Below, one piece after another: positions 11,559 to 25,249 of a stretch of DNA of 64,000 nucleotides. The notes beneath the pieces were generated by a model. It searched no databases. It had not been told where the DNA came from and saw nothing but the letters and a program-made list of their open reading frames with translations. Position 1 is the stretch's first letter; each line of letters starts with the position of its first letter. The translations under genes were made by a program, and so were the position numbers. Source of the DNA: Octopus vulgaris (Eukaryota). The stretch is taken from NCBI GenBank assembly GCA_951406725.2, contig OX597817.1, positions 36,828,001-36,892,000 of the forward strand. Direction: 5' to 3'.

Positions 11559-13800
11559 CTACCACCCCTCCTACTTCTATTCCATCCACCCCTTCTCCAC
11601 TTCCGTCCGTTGTTACCATACCCCCCGATCTTCCCCTCTCTGCGGCTGAACGCTCCGTCCTTGGTAGGGGTCTGCGTTTCATCCCCCTCACTCCATCCTG
11701 TAAGGAATTCCAGACGCGAGTTGATGTCCACAGCTTTGTGCGCCGTGTCCGGTTGGGTGCGCATTACCACGACTCGCCACCCACACCCAACGAAGAGGAC
11801 GACTGCTTCACTGGCCTGGGCCGCCGACCATCCCCGTGGACGCCTGCCCCTGGCCAGATCCTAGCAGTGGATCTTTTCGCGGGCGCTTGTCAGCGTGCAT
11901 TGGAGCGGTTCAACTTCTCCAGGCGCCAACGCCGCCTCAACATCTCCCCGGCTGAGCTCTTGGCTCTTCGTTCCCTCTAACGGCGCGCTGACATTATCAT
12001 CAAACCGGCTGACAAGGGTGGAGCTGTAGTGGTGTGGCGCGCGGACCTCTATAGGGCCGAGGCTTTCCGCCAACTCAATGACACCTCCTTCTATTCCCCT
12101 CTGCCCTCTAACCCCACACGTAGCTACCAACAGACGGTATCCTCTACTGTCCAAGACCTCATCTCGTCCTCCCGTCTCCCCCGCACCGCATCCAACCTAA
12201 TTGTGCGAACCCCACGTACCCCCACCATTTACTTCCTCCCCAAAATCCACAAACCCAACAACCCTGGCCGCCCCATCTTCTCCGCCTGTAACTGCCCCAC
12301 GGAGCTCATCTCTAAATACCTCGACCGTGTCCTTGCCCCCTAGTGGCATCTCTTCCCTCCCACATCCACGATACCAACCATGCTCTCCGGCTTTTCAACT
12401 CTTTCTCCTTTCCTCCCGGCTCCTCCAAAATCCTTTTTACTATGGACATCCAAAGCCTCTATACTGTTATCCCTCACCACGAAGGACTGCAGGCCCTTCG
12501 ACACTTTCTTGACCTCCGCTCTAACCCTGTACCTGACACCTCCACACTCATTCGTCTGGCCGAACTTGTCCTTACTCTGAACTGCTTCTCGTTCGCGGGC
12601 GAGTTCTACCATCAGGTCTCGGGAGTGGCCATGGGAACGCGAATGGGCCCCAACTATGCGAACCTGTTCGTTGGCTATGTTGAGGCCCAAATATTCTCTA
12701 ATTTCACTGGTCCCACTCCTGAACTATATGGTCGTTATATTGACGACATTATCGGTGCCACCTCACTCTCCCGCGAACATCTAGATTCCTTCCTCTCTTT
12801 CGTCCAATCTTTCCATCCAGCCCTCCACTTCACTTCCACTATCTCCAACACCTCTGTCTCCTTCCTCGACATTTCGGTTAGCATTCTTCACTCCACTCTT
12901 ACCACCTCCATTCACTACAAACACACAGACTCACACTCATACCTCAACTTCTCTTCCTCCCACCCAGAACACACCAAGCTTTCCATCCCCTATTCCCAAT
13001 TCCTCCGTCTACGTAGGCTCTGTAGTGACGACCATGACTTTGAGACTCAGTCTCAACGTATGGCTCACCACTTCACCCTACGTGGATACCCCCTCACCAC
13101 TATCCACACCGCCCTTGCCAGAGCACGGTCCGTGGACCGTGTATCTGCTCTCTCTCCCCGAACCCGCCCTGTAGTCTCCCGCCTCCCTTTTCCCCTCACT
13201 TACCACCCCACGACCCTACGTCTCCAACGCACCATTCTTCGAGCTTTCCGTCATCTCCAGTCCGACCCGTCCACTTCACACCTCTTCCCTAACCGACCCC
13301 TCCCCTCTTTCAAACGAGCCCACAACCTTCGAGACCTTTTGGTCCATAGCTCCTTCCCTGACCCTACCTCCCAACCCGGCTCGTTCCCCTGCTCCCGCCC
13401 ACGTTGCCGCACTTGCCCTTACCTCTCCAACACCACCCGCCTCACTAGCACCCACCATCGACCCTATCCCATCATCCACTCCTTCACCTGCACCTCCAGC
13501 AATATTATCTATTGCATCTCTTGCTCTCTCTGCAATTCCTTGTACATCGGACAAACGGGACGCCGCTTGGCTGACCGGTTCGCGGAACACCTTCGTGACA
13601 TCCACCTTGCGAACGACACACCGGTCTCACGCCATTTCCGCTCCACCGGTCACTCCTTGCAACACCTATCTGTGTTCGGTTTGTCCTTACACAGAGGCCA
13701 TCCGGATTCCCGTTTGCGCCGTGAACAGGAATTAATCTTCTCTCTTCGCTCTTATACGCCATTTGGTCTCAACTCTCCCCCCTCCTCATCTAACCTCTCC
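11557..13800 (+). pseudogene. Penelope-like RT + GIY-YIG endonuclease ORF with one stop and ~2 frameshifts
   Basis: N-terminal [17 protein letters not shown]...FVRRVRL; [13 protein letters not shown] (TAA 11978-11980) RRADIIIKPADKGGAVVVW; FLPKIHKPNNPGRPI; frameshift in C-run at ~12340; MDIQSLYT, GVAMGTRMGPNYANLF, RYIDD; Cys linker CSRPRCRTC; GIY-YIG NIIYCISCSLCNSLYIGQTGRRLADRFAEH ... FGLN. Confidence 0.9.
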
Positions 13801-14645
13801 CCCTCCTCACCTATCCTTTCTCCCCCGACCCCTACTTCTTCAGTCCTTCATCCTTTCACCCCTACTCCCCTTCCCTTCTTCCCTCTTTCTCCCTCCCTCT
13901 TCCCCTTCCCTCTGCTCCCTCACTCCCTCTCTCCCCTTCTCTCTCCCCCTCTCCCTCTTTCCTCCTTCATCCCCCTCATCCCCTTCCTTCTCCCCATCCC
14001 TCTCCTCTCCCCCTTCTCCTCCCCCTCTTCTTTCCCTCCCCTTCTCTCCCCCTCTTCTCTCCCTCCCCCTCTTCTCCCCCTCCCCCTCTTCTCCTCACTA
14101 CACCACATGACTTTACACATCACATCACATATGATGTGCCATACTAATACACACACCAACTAATACATACTAATACGTACTAATACATACTAGTACATAC
14201 TAATACTTACACCAACCCTATACATACACACGTCCAGACCCCGCATACGCACTTATACTCTCTCACACACACACACACCTATACATACCAATACGTACTA
14301 ATACATACTAATACATACTAATACATACACCAACCCCATACATACGCACGTCCAGACCAATCTTACGCACTAATACTCTCTCATACACACACACACACAC
14401 ACACACACACCCTTATACATACTAATACATACACCAACCCTATACATACACACATCCAGACCCCTCCCACGCACTTTTAGCTGGTCCCTCAACCCTTTTA
14501 TCAACCCTATTATCTCCCCTTATTTCGCTCTCGCGTCTCATGTTTGATCTTTGACCTCTGGCCGAAATCAGATCGCCATGTTGATTCGTTAGCTACTGCA
14601 CGCATTTTTTTCTCTCCTTCTTTCTGTGTTTTCTCTCTCTGTGTA

Positions 14646-14683
14646 TCTTTCTGTTGAAGAGCGTAGGCTCGAAACGTTAAAGA
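14646..14683 (+). ncRNA. Minimal type I hammerhead-like ribozyme motif (core variant CUGUUGA)
   Basis: TCTTT-CTGTTGA-A-GAGC(GTAG)GCTC-GAAA-CG-TT-AAAGA: stem I TCTTT/AAAGA, stem II GAGC/GCTC, palindromic mini stem III AACGTT; located in the PLE terminal region where minimal hammerheads are known. Confidence 0.6.
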
Positions 14684-14779
14684 CTTGTTTTATTTATATT
14701 TCCTGAGCGCCATACTAATACAATTGTTCGTTTGTTTTCCACCTGCCTTCGTCTTTTGTTTATTTTCATAAAGCTTCCC

Positions 14780-15269
<490 letters not shown>

Positions 15270-15274
15270 GTAAA

Positions 15275-15613
15275 GGCGCATGGCTCAGTGGTTAGAGCGT
15301 CGAGCTTCCGATCGTGAGGTTGTGAGCTTGATTCCCGTACTGGGCTGTGTGTTGTGTTCTTGAGCAAGACACTTTATTTCATGTTGCTCCATTTAACTCA
15401 GCTGTAGAAATGAGTTGCGACATCACTTGTGCCAAGCTGTATCAGCCTTTGCTTTTCTCTTGGATAACATCGGTGGTGTGAAGAGGGGTAACTGGTATGC
15501 ATCATGGGTGACTGCTAGCCTTCCACAAACAAACTTGCCCAGACTTGTGCTTTCTGAGGGTAACTTTCTAGGAGCAATCCCATGGCCATTCATGACCGAA
15601 GGGTGTCTCCTCC
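15275..15613 (+). mobile_element. SINE family D (tRNA-derived head)
   Basis: A-box GGCTCAGTGGTTAGAGCG, B-box-like GAGCTTGATTCC, CORE/V-like GTGTTGTGTTCTTGAGCAAGACACTT; same head at 37410-37520 and 61475-61570. Confidence 0.8.
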
Positions 15614-15671
15614 TATATATATATATATATATGTATGTATATGTGTGTGTGTGCGCGCGCGTGTGTGTGTT

Positions 15672-15810
15672 GTACGACAAGCCTCTTTCAATTTCCATCT
15701 ACCAAAACTACTCACGAGACTTTGATCTTTCCGAGGCTATAGTAGAAGTCACTTGCACAAGGTACCAAGTACTTGGGAAGCAAACTTACTACCACGCAGC
15801 TACACCTGTA
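15672..15810 (-). mobile_element. SINE family B 5' fragment
   Basis: CTTTCAATTTCCATCTACCAAA...GAGGCTATAGTAGAAG.CACTTGC.CAAGG...CTTACTACCACGCAGC. Confidence 0.7.
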
Positions 15811-17321
15811 CGTATGTATATATAAATAAATATGTATATATATAAATTTGTATTCTTTCCATTAGGTAGGGTTTCTTTTGTTCAGATTACAAGCTGCTTA
15901 TAATGGAGTGTGTGAAACATTTCTATGTAATGAAGAATAAGCTACTGTTGCTGTTGTCGAGACCAAGGTCGATCCTAATCGAGCAAACAAGTGTTGAAAA
16001 GAGATCCACCTGCGACTATCTCGTTTTTTTTTTCAGACCTATTTAGAATTTAATTAATTTTGTTCGTTTTAAGACGATGGTGAGTGTGATTAGCAGGAGA
16101 TCTGGTCGCTGTTTGAAGCAAATCGAGATTCCTAGCTTGCTCACGGAATGATATGTTGCAATACACAGTCTGTATCTGTAATCAATGCTACACCTTAGTA
16201 TTAAATGAAGCATTTGATGAATTGGAATGTGGGGAGAAATATTAGTCCGGCTTCTTTTGCGGTTCCTTTTGATTGAAAGAGAACATACTACATTCTGTAT
16301 AACCAGCAGTCAATTCTGGCCGTCAAGAAAATTAAATTTTGCGTAACATACAACTGCTTCTTACGATCGATCGGTACAAATGTCTTAAAAGTTTATTTTA
16401 TTTTTATTGCCAGCTCTAGTTTATCTGATGTTTAATAGACAAGACACAATGCTTGCAAGACTTGCCGTGCATTAAACATTGACCAAATGAGTTGCTGCTT
16501 GAGTAATAAGTTTCTTGCTCATTTCGTTAAAGTAAGATTTGATGAACAGGATGTCCTTAAACTCGTTGTTCGTACAGCAATATTGAAGTACATCTTCGAT
16601 ATATTTATTGAAGAAAATTTACATCGTAACTGCAAACAACATTTGCGGTTAGAATTTTGTGGAAATCTATTAAAATGAAGCATCTTGACAAACAGTCTTG
16701 TCAGCGAAAGACAAAACCTAAAAAATATTTTAGTAGAAACCGGTCAGTTATATGTTATCTTTTTCTGAGTGGTTAACGTAATCTACTGCCGTATTTAATA
16801 CCACCTGTAGCAAATAAGCTATGTTTCCAGTCTTCTATTCCCCAACTAGTTTTATGTGCTCCCAAGAGTGTCATAGTCGCTGTCCAATTTTCGCTGATGA
16901 AATAGTAAAAAGCGATTCGAATATAGCTCATAAACACTGTGTTTGTGTGTGTTTTTGTGTGTACGTAAATATGTAGCGCATGCATGTTACATACGTATAT
17001 CCCATATACAGAGCTTCATTTATCCACTTGCCCACTTTTGTATCTCCTTGCGTCTCAGTTTTTCTGATTCCATTTCTTTTATTTTCAATAAAATCGTTTG
17101 TATAGAAATGCTAAGTCCAAAATAAAGAATTTTATTTGTTATTCCTGAATTGAATCCTCCCTTATTGAACCTACTATAAATTTTCATTTTCTTACAAAAT
17201 CCATCCACTTGATGGAAGGAAAGAATTCTTTTGAGATTCGTATACTTCCTCATATGTTTAACTATATGTCTCAGACTTAAATTGATCCGTCTTAAATTTG
17301 TCAGTCAAAATATTCACTTTC

Positions 17322-17460
17322 TAATTCCACCCAGATTGACTTTGCCTTTCATCCTTTCGGGGTCGATAAATTAAGTAGTAGATTCGTACTGGGGTCGATC
17401 TAATCGACCGGCTCCCTCCCCCAAATTTTTGGGCCTTGTGCCTAGAGTAGAACAGAATAT
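17322..17460 (+). mobile_element. SINE family A partial copy
   Basis: GACTTTGCCTTTCATCCTTTCGGGGTCGATAAATTAAGTA...CTGGGGTCGATCTAATCGAC...GGCCTTGTGCCTAGAGTAGAA tail. Confidence 0.8.
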
Positions 17461-17612
17461 ATTCTCTCTCTCTCATTCTCTCATATATATATATATATAC
17501 ATATTTCTGTAAAATAATATGTGACAATTATTCAATAGCCAAGATAAAACTCAGATGCCGAGGTGGAAATCCACACCACCATCTCTTCGGTTATCTGGCC
17601 ATCTAAAAAACG

Positions 17613-17656
<44 letters not shown>

Positions 17657-18135
17657 CATACATCACAATCTCTTCATCTATGTTCCTATTTACTTAACCC
17701 TCAAATATGTGTTACTATAGTGTTGTAGTTACTCTCATTACTACTACTGCCGCTAAGAGTACCTATTTCTTACCTTACTACATCTGTTGTAAGAATAATT
17801 AATAAAGATTTCTCATAATATAACACTGGGCCACCACTATTTATTAGCAATGCTATAAAGTCGCTTATGTCATTTCTGAATGTGATTGTATTTATTATAT
17901 TGATAACACAGAAATGAAACACGAACTCAACATGATTCAGTTAGAAATTACAACGGAGCGAGAAAACCGTATTTCTTCCTGACTTCATATAATTTATTCC
18001 ACTGCATGAAATTTTGCTTTTCTATGAACGACCACGTACCATCACCAATGTCCTCAGATTCTTCCGTTTATATTTTACAGTTGTCACGTCAAAACCTTGT
18101 TGTTTTCAGAGTCATCCATGTAATTGGCTTTACAT

Positions 18136-18540
18136 GCGCAAGCGTGGCTGTGATAAGAAGTTTGCCTCCTAACCGCGTGGCTTCGGGTTCAGTCCCACTG
18201 CGTGAAGCCACGGATAATTGTCGTCTACTATAGACTCGAGTCGACCAAAGACTTGTGAGTTTATTTGGTAGAAGAAAACTATAAAAGTCCACCCCACACA
18301 CACGTGTGTGTGTGTATTTGTGCGTGGGTGTCCGAATTTTTCCTCCACCTCCGCTTGACGACCGGTGTTGGTGTGTTTTCGTTCCCGTAACGTAGATGTT
18401 CGGCACAAGTGACTGATATGATAAGCATCAGGCTTTAAAAATTGGGTACTGCAGTTCATTCGTTCGATTAAAATTCTTCGAGGTGGTGTTCCCACATAGC
18501 TGTGGTCTAATGGCTGAAACCTCTTGAAGATAAGAGATAA
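18136..18540 (+). mobile_element. SINE family B, diverged subfamily
   Basis: GCGCAAGCGTGGCTGTG, GGGTTCAGTCCCACTGCGTG, CGACCAAAGACTTGTGAGT, internal (TG)n, tail GGTGGTGTTCCCACATAGCTGTGGTCTAATGGCTGAAAC. Confidence 0.75.
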
Positions 18541-18913
18541 ACTCTTCACTCCCAAGGAGGAACATATTGATGAAAGAAAAAGGAGGAAAAGGTTAGAATA
18601 TGCTTAGCTGGTGACATTATTTAAATACAGAAAAGAAAAATACAGGTGGCAAGCATATTGGGATCCCAGTGAGGTGAGATGCAGAGGGTTAGGGTCAGAC
18701 CCCGAGCAAAGTCTAAAACAAGCTAGACATTATAGTATCCAGTAAGTATAATTCACATCAAGATAGCTGCGGAGGTAGTACAGGCTGTTTCACGGCGACT
18801 GAAGGTATGAAGGTGTGTACCATATATGTGTTATTGTTATTTAGATTACATCTAAAAGAGCATAAGCTTGGACTTGATCAACATCGGCTGGGTCACATAA
18901 ATGAGGGATTATA

Positions 18914-19310
18914 GTTCGCCAATTGGATACATCATATATAGCCATTTGATGAGCCTCTCATCTTTTGCATCAGTGGCTTCTTATGGAATAGCTCTATCAT
19001 GACATGTACTTATAGGTCTCACTCAGCCCCACACTTTGTCAACTTTGGGGTTCCTCATGGAACTATAATAGTTGTTAAAAAACCCAAAACATTCCTGGCG
19101 AATTGCCCAGCTGCGCCAGAAGCTGATGTATGATAAAGTAATGATATAAATTCTGTCAAAACTGTTCGCCAATTGGATACATCATATATAGCCATTTGAT
19201 GAGCCTCTCATCTTTTGCATCAGTGGCTTCTTATGGAATAGCTCTATCATGACATGTACTGATAGGTCTCACTCAGCCCCACACTTTGTCAACTTTGGGG
19301 TTCCTCATGG
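18914..19310. repeat. 147-bp direct duplication (18914-19060 and 19164-19310)
   Basis: GTTCGCCAATTGGATACATC...GGGGTTCCTCATGG occurs twice, 250 bp apart, one mismatch noticed. Confidence 0.9.
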
Positions 19311-22300
19311 TTCTGCTGTGATTCCATATTGACCCTCGTATCAAGCTTTACAGATTCCACGAAGAGAGACCTGAAAGGCATCTTCCAATGTAAACACGCC
19401 AAATTTACTTCTTTCTTCAGCACAAAACTATATAAAAAGGAAACCAATAACTGCATCGTAATCCCATTGAATGAGTAGCATACTTGAGCTCTTGTGATCA
19501 CTTCAAATGCGAAACCCTTTTCACTTAGGATCTCCTCTGATGAATACATATCTTAAATAACCAATTCTCAAACATTAATCTTTTGCTTCAGGACTAGAAA
19601 ACATTTTGGCTCTACAAACAATCACATCCTAGAAAGTTCTAAACCCACAACAGAACACATCTGAATCGTTCAAAGGCCACACCTAGAGAAAAGCCCATAT
19701 GATCAATTGGCATAAAGTCGTACAAAACACAATGCAGGGTCTGACCCATAGTTGTGCTGTTTCTTTTTTCTGCTTTTATTACGGATATAATAATCTTAAC
19801 ATGCGATATTAATGTATCTATCGACGTACTACGAATAGCATTCATTGACGAACGCAGATTGGCCAACGCTGAGCGCGCGATGTCTGTTACATTGTGTACC
19901 ACTCTTTATGGAAACTGACTAGAACACTGAAGATGGCAAAGTAAAACGTTAAAACTATTATCAAGGCCTTTTCGTTGATGCTCCATCGGTTCTTCCGTTT
20001 CATTGCCTACTGCAATGCACAATACACAAAATAGGTCGCATTTTTGTTTAGTGAGAGGTTAGAGTCGATTAGATTAATGTCTATAACTTAGTGGTAGTTT
20101 TTGTCCTCGCCACAAGGATGAAAGCAAGGTCAGTTTTGGTGGAACTTGAACCGAGAAAGTAAAGAAAATCAACTAGGCAGTGCATTGACGGATTATCTTG
20201 TAGTATTTTAGCTCTGCCTTTTTGCAATCTGATTCCAGAGTTCACTCTTAGATAGACTTTACCTTTCATCCTTTCGATCCCGATAAATTATGTGCCAGTC
20301 ACATGCTGAGATCTAAATCAACAATGAACTTTGTGTAACTTATGAAGAAATGTTTATTGTCTTAATGAGTGATAGAATCAGTGATCAATAGAACACAAGA
20401 TAAAACATGATCATTGTTTAGTTACATATTTTTACGTTCTTCTTTCAAAGCTCTAAAGTCTTGCCAGTTCGCCATCTTATGGAGAAGCGGAAGAGGTTTT
20501 AGGGCGTTGTAATAGGCAAGCCTTTTCGTCCAGCGTTCTCACGACTCTGCTAATTCGCCACAAAAATATCTTTGACTTTTAGACTGGTAGAGCCTTTTAG
20601 AAAATCGGATTTCATAGCTTGCGGTATTTGTTGTAAATCTTGGTGTTGTCCTTTAAAAAACCACTTGCGGTCTATTTAGATGGTATACTTACCTAGCAAC
20701 GTGGCCCAAATACTGAAGACATTCAAAAAGGTCTTTAGCGTTTGAACCAGATCGCTAATTTGAGAATGATTTCCTTTCTCCCGTCAACTCCTCTCAGAGG
20801 CCCTGGGAAATGTCGGGCATACTGCCTTTCCTGTCTGATTAAGCAATAAAATGTTACCTGGAGTCGATTAGATAAGTGAAGTCAGGTACTGAGTTGATAG
20901 TGTGGACTTAACAACCCCCTCCAAAAATATATGGTCTTGTTCCTATCTTAGAAATCTTTGCTACTAGCAATAATAAACTGAATGCAACGAAGGAACCTCT
21001 ACATGGTCACTCAAGCTGCAAGAAAACTAACTCAAATCTTCCTCAAACAATCCTTCCACCTTCAAAAGAGTTGCACAGGACAGTCCGAGAAAATGCCTTC
21101 GAAAGAAGCCTATCTCTTTAGGGATGTCTGAAGGTAGTGGCGGTGTGAGATAATGCATTGTCTATAAGAAGAAAGGGAAGAAGTAAGATAAACAGAAAAA
21201 AAATAAGGACAGAAAGAATGAAAAAAATGTACCACCGAACAGATAGCGTTTTGGTAGCGACAGTTTGTTAAATGCATCATAATTTGACGAACGGTCATTG
21301 ATACAGGCTGAATGTTCTTCACCTCATCACTTGGTCCCCACATCCTAGGCAGGCGAAATGTGCTAGGTCTATGGTCATCGATTGAGCAATGATGGTGCTT
21401 TGTACTATTCTAAACGTGTATAGTATAAAAGTATGTCCTCTGTATAATATAACAGTATAGTATTTCTATATATTATATAACAGTATTTTCTATACTGATA
21501 TAACTGTATTTCCTTTGGAGGACAATGTATTTCAGTATATAGAAAACTATGTATTGAAAAAGATATTAACTCCAACTGTGAAGGTGTTCATTTGAATATA
21601 AAATTTGTTTCATGTCCTTTATTGTGATTTACATAATTTTCGCACCTATTTTTTTTTATTACAAATATACAACATTTATCATATGAAGTCAAAACAAGAA
21701 CGTGATTTCTCGTGACATTGAAACTGACAGAATTCGCAGATTTAATTAAATCGCGATACACAGCTTGCCTATCAAATGTTCTCTTCAAATTGAATGTTTT
21801 CAGTCCAGCATTTCCTTTCAACAAAAACTATGTTTCCACACGTGGAATGTATTAAGTTATATGTTCTGCAATACTTAACATCATGTTCACTTGAATTGCA
21901 ACAAGAGAAGTTTAGATGTGAAATAAGAAAAGGTATTCCTGAAATGCAGGAGGAATAAATAATAAAACACACACACAAAACAAAAATTCTCAAATCAGAA
22001 GCCATACATCGGAAGCAGAGATATCGAACCATTACACGAACTCCATGAGCAATATCCTACATCCGCTGAGAGTGGCTTGCCAGAAAGTTTAGCGCATCTG
22101 ACAAATAAGTATCATGCGAAATATTTTCAGGGCGTTAAAGTTCTGAGTTCAGATCCACCCGAAGATAAATGCGCTAAAATTTCGATTTCATTCTTCCTAG
22201 GTCGATAAAATACTACACCGATCAAATACTGGATTTTCTTTGAATTCAACGACACTGGTGCCTTCCTGCTTTCTTCGAACAAAAGAATACGGTCGAGAAA

Positions 22301-22966
22301 CCCTAACGATTTCCATAGGATCGCTTTTGGGTCAAGAGTGGTTAAGAGAGTACAGAGAGAGAGAGAGAGAGAGAGTATCAATTTCCACAGTATTGTTACG
22401 CAGAGCAGAGACATCAGTTATTAGCCTTGAAATAAACTGAAAGAAAAACAAGTGATAAATTATATAGACAAAATATCGATAAAACAATATATAGTTTTCG
22501 ATCCGAGTATAAGAATAAGAGAAAACTTTTTATTATTTTAAATATCAGAAACGGTTGCTGTGTTGGTGAATCGACATCACCCTAAAAGGCAATGTAATGT
22601 ATATGTTCCAATATCTGACAAAGCGTAAAGGACAAAGAATGTTTATCTACTGAGAATTGTTGTTACCCAAAGGAAGAAATGAATCCAAGTCCCATAAGAC
22701 CAGCTTTGTGTATGTGTTTGTGTTTAACGCCTGTGAAACTTTATATTTGAAGTTTTGCAGTTATTGCGCATGAATGCGAATATATGTGCATAACTATGTT
22801 CTCAAATATCCATACTTGATTTGGCTATCGCTCCCGCCACACACACTATATAGACACACGCACCAATATTCGATAATTCATGTAGTACTCTATGCTTCAT
22901 GTCTTGATAAGACAAACACCCTTCAAATCCATGCATTTTTTGTTTTAGACAGCTTAAGATCCACAT

Positions 22967-23288
22967 TATTTTTATTTATTTATGCGTCCTTTTCAAGCCT
23001 AGTCAGGCTCATGGGCCCGGTTTCCCGGTTTCTGTGGCGTATGTGTTTCCCCCTTCTGGACGGGACGCCAGTCCATCGCAGCGTTACTCAAGAAACATGA
23101 AGAAATAGTGAGAGAAAGTTGGGGTGAAAGGGTACAATAGGGGTCGCCCCCCCCCCCTGCCGGAGCCTCGTGGAGCTTTTAGGTGCTTTCGCTCAATAAA
23201 CACATACAACGCCCGGTCTGGGAATCGAAACCGTGATCCACTGACCGCGAGTCCGCTGCCCTAACCACTGGGCCATTGTGCCTCCACC
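22967..23288 (-). mobile_element. SINE family C head with V-SINE-like alternative tail, 12-bp TSD
   Basis: Minus strand head GGAGGCACAATGGCCCAGTGGTTAGGGCAGCGGACTCGCGG; tail CTGCGATGGACTGGCGTCCCGTCCAG...GAAACCGG...ATGAGCC; TSD TAAGATCCACAT at 22955-22966 and 23289-23300. Confidence 0.85.
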
Positions 23289-24065
23289 TAAGATCCACAT
23301 AGTGAATCATTTATATATTTTTTTTAATATACGTTTTGGCATCATTGGACATCACGCCTGTATGACGTTTGAAATGTGAACATAACTTATTTCCTTTGCT
23401 CTCTATAATAATAACAACTGCAATAAAATAAAATAAGATAAATAATATGTGTGCTTGCGTGGATATAAGTGCGTATGCCCTTAGAGCCAGAACTTTTCGC
23501 ACGCCTAGCATTATTCTTTCATTTTTACATTAACACCTCCTCCGATTTCCTCTTCTAGCTTACCTGCCGTTGTATTTCTTTTAATTGTATTGAAATATTT
23601 GTTTAATAGTTAATTTAGCTATTTCATGACAATTGCTCTTAATGTATAAATAAAAGGAAATTACTTGTTACTATTCTAATGTCTAAATAGAAACAAATTG
23701 GATTAATTTTTTTTTCCTATATACAAATAATTACATTAATGAACTGTTCACAGGAAAACGCGCGGGTCTAAAGAATATATTATTCATCTAGACATGAAGT
23801 AAGCCATCTATCAACAAGAATTTATGGAGCTTTCTCTCTTTCTCTGTGTTTGTGTGTGTGTGTGAGAGAGAGAGAGAGTTATCCTGTCGATTTTGACTCC
23901 CGAATGACTAGCTCATTGAATTGGCATGCGAAATGGCGGGGGTTGAAAAGAGGGAGAAAGAGAGTGTGGGAAGTCTGTACAGGTCTCGATGTTCATTCAT
24001 GCAAAATTCTTGGAGTTAAGGTAATAGTGCATTTTCATAATTATTTACGTCATTAGTACACAGGA

Positions 24066-24451
24066 GGAGGCGCAATGGCCCAGTGGTTAGGGCAGCGGAC
24101 TCGCGGTCATAGGATCGCGGTTTCGATTCCCAGACCGGGCGTTGTGAGTGTTTATTGAGCGAAAACACCTAAAGCTCCACGAGGCTCCGGCAGGGGATGG
24201 TGGTGAATCCTGCTGTACTCTTTCACCACACCTTTCTCTCACTCTTTCTTCCTGTTTCTGTTGTACCTGTATTTCAAAGGGCCGGCCTTATCACTCTCTG
24301 TGTCACGCTGAATATCCCCGAGAACTACGTTAAGGGTGCACGTGTCTGTGGAGTACTCTGCCACTTACACGTTAATTTCACGAGCAGGCTGTTCCGTTGA
24401 TTCGGATCAACCGGAACCCTCGTCGTCGTAACCGACGAAGTGCTTCCATCC
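24066..24451 (+). mobile_element. SINE family C (tRNA-derived), full length with TSD
   Basis: A-box TGGCCCAGTGG, B-box-like GGTTTCGATTCC; TSD AGTACACAGGA at 24055-24065 and 24452-24462; homologous to 60063-60440. Confidence 0.88.
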
Positions 24452-25149
24452 AGTACACAGGAGATCTACAAAAACGTTCACCGAGCAGGTTATATTTAGA
24501 CCGTTTGAAAACTAGTTAAAATTCTCCAATTGTTACAATCCTATAAACCAGTTACATATAGATGAGAATCACAGCCATACACACACAGTTGTTATTGTTA
24601 AATACGAAATTCTTTTTCTGCGAGGATTTATCATGAAAACTTCGGCATTTATTGCGCAGACGTCACTACAAAAACACACCTGGACCACCTTGTTGTGACA
24701 TATTAACTGAAACGCTGTATGAACCAGTACAACAGCTTCTTACGGTTCGGCTACTCAGAAAACAAAGCTGCACTGTGGAAACATTTAAAAAGTCGAAGCA
24801 AACATTAAATGGGAAGTATAAATACCTGAAACCACTTCTTTACAAACAAGAAATCACTGAATGTTCGATAGACACTGACTCCTACTTGCACTGATTCGTC
24901 TTACTATGGCTTCTTCCGTTACTATAACAGTTACCATTCCTCAATTAAATATCAAAGAATTTTTATTAAAACATTTTTACTATTCACAAAATCTTTCCAA
25001 ATCGCTAAAAGTGTTTGACCTTGCTAGACTTCTTTTGTTCTAAAAAATTCTTTGTCAGAGGTTTTATACGGACGACCACCCGGATATAAATATAAGCTTT
25101 GTTTAGGTTAGCATAACATTGAAGTCCTAGTGACAATATTTCGTAGTAG

Positions 25150-25230
<81 letters not shown>

Positions 25231-25249
25231 CACACTGCATATTTTTCTA

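Noticed and set aside
13800-14163. Pro/Ser/Leu-rich C-terminal extension of the PLE ORF
   Set aside because: Polypyrimidine 3' UTR read in frame after the GLN terminus of GIY-YIG, probably via a frameshift in a C run.
14140-14460. Spaced TACTAATACA repeats as a CRISPR-like array
   Set aside because: Irregular low-complexity tandem repeats within a PLE UTR in eukaryotic DNA; no unique spacers or cas genes.
19289-19902. 86-87 aa minus-strand ORFs
   Set aside because: No motifs or splice structure recognised; may be decayed TE but unsupported.
24066-24140. tRNA genes at SINE heads (also 15275, 60063, 61475)
   Set aside because: A/B boxes continue into SINE bodies with TSDs; no complete cloverleaf or poly-T terminator.
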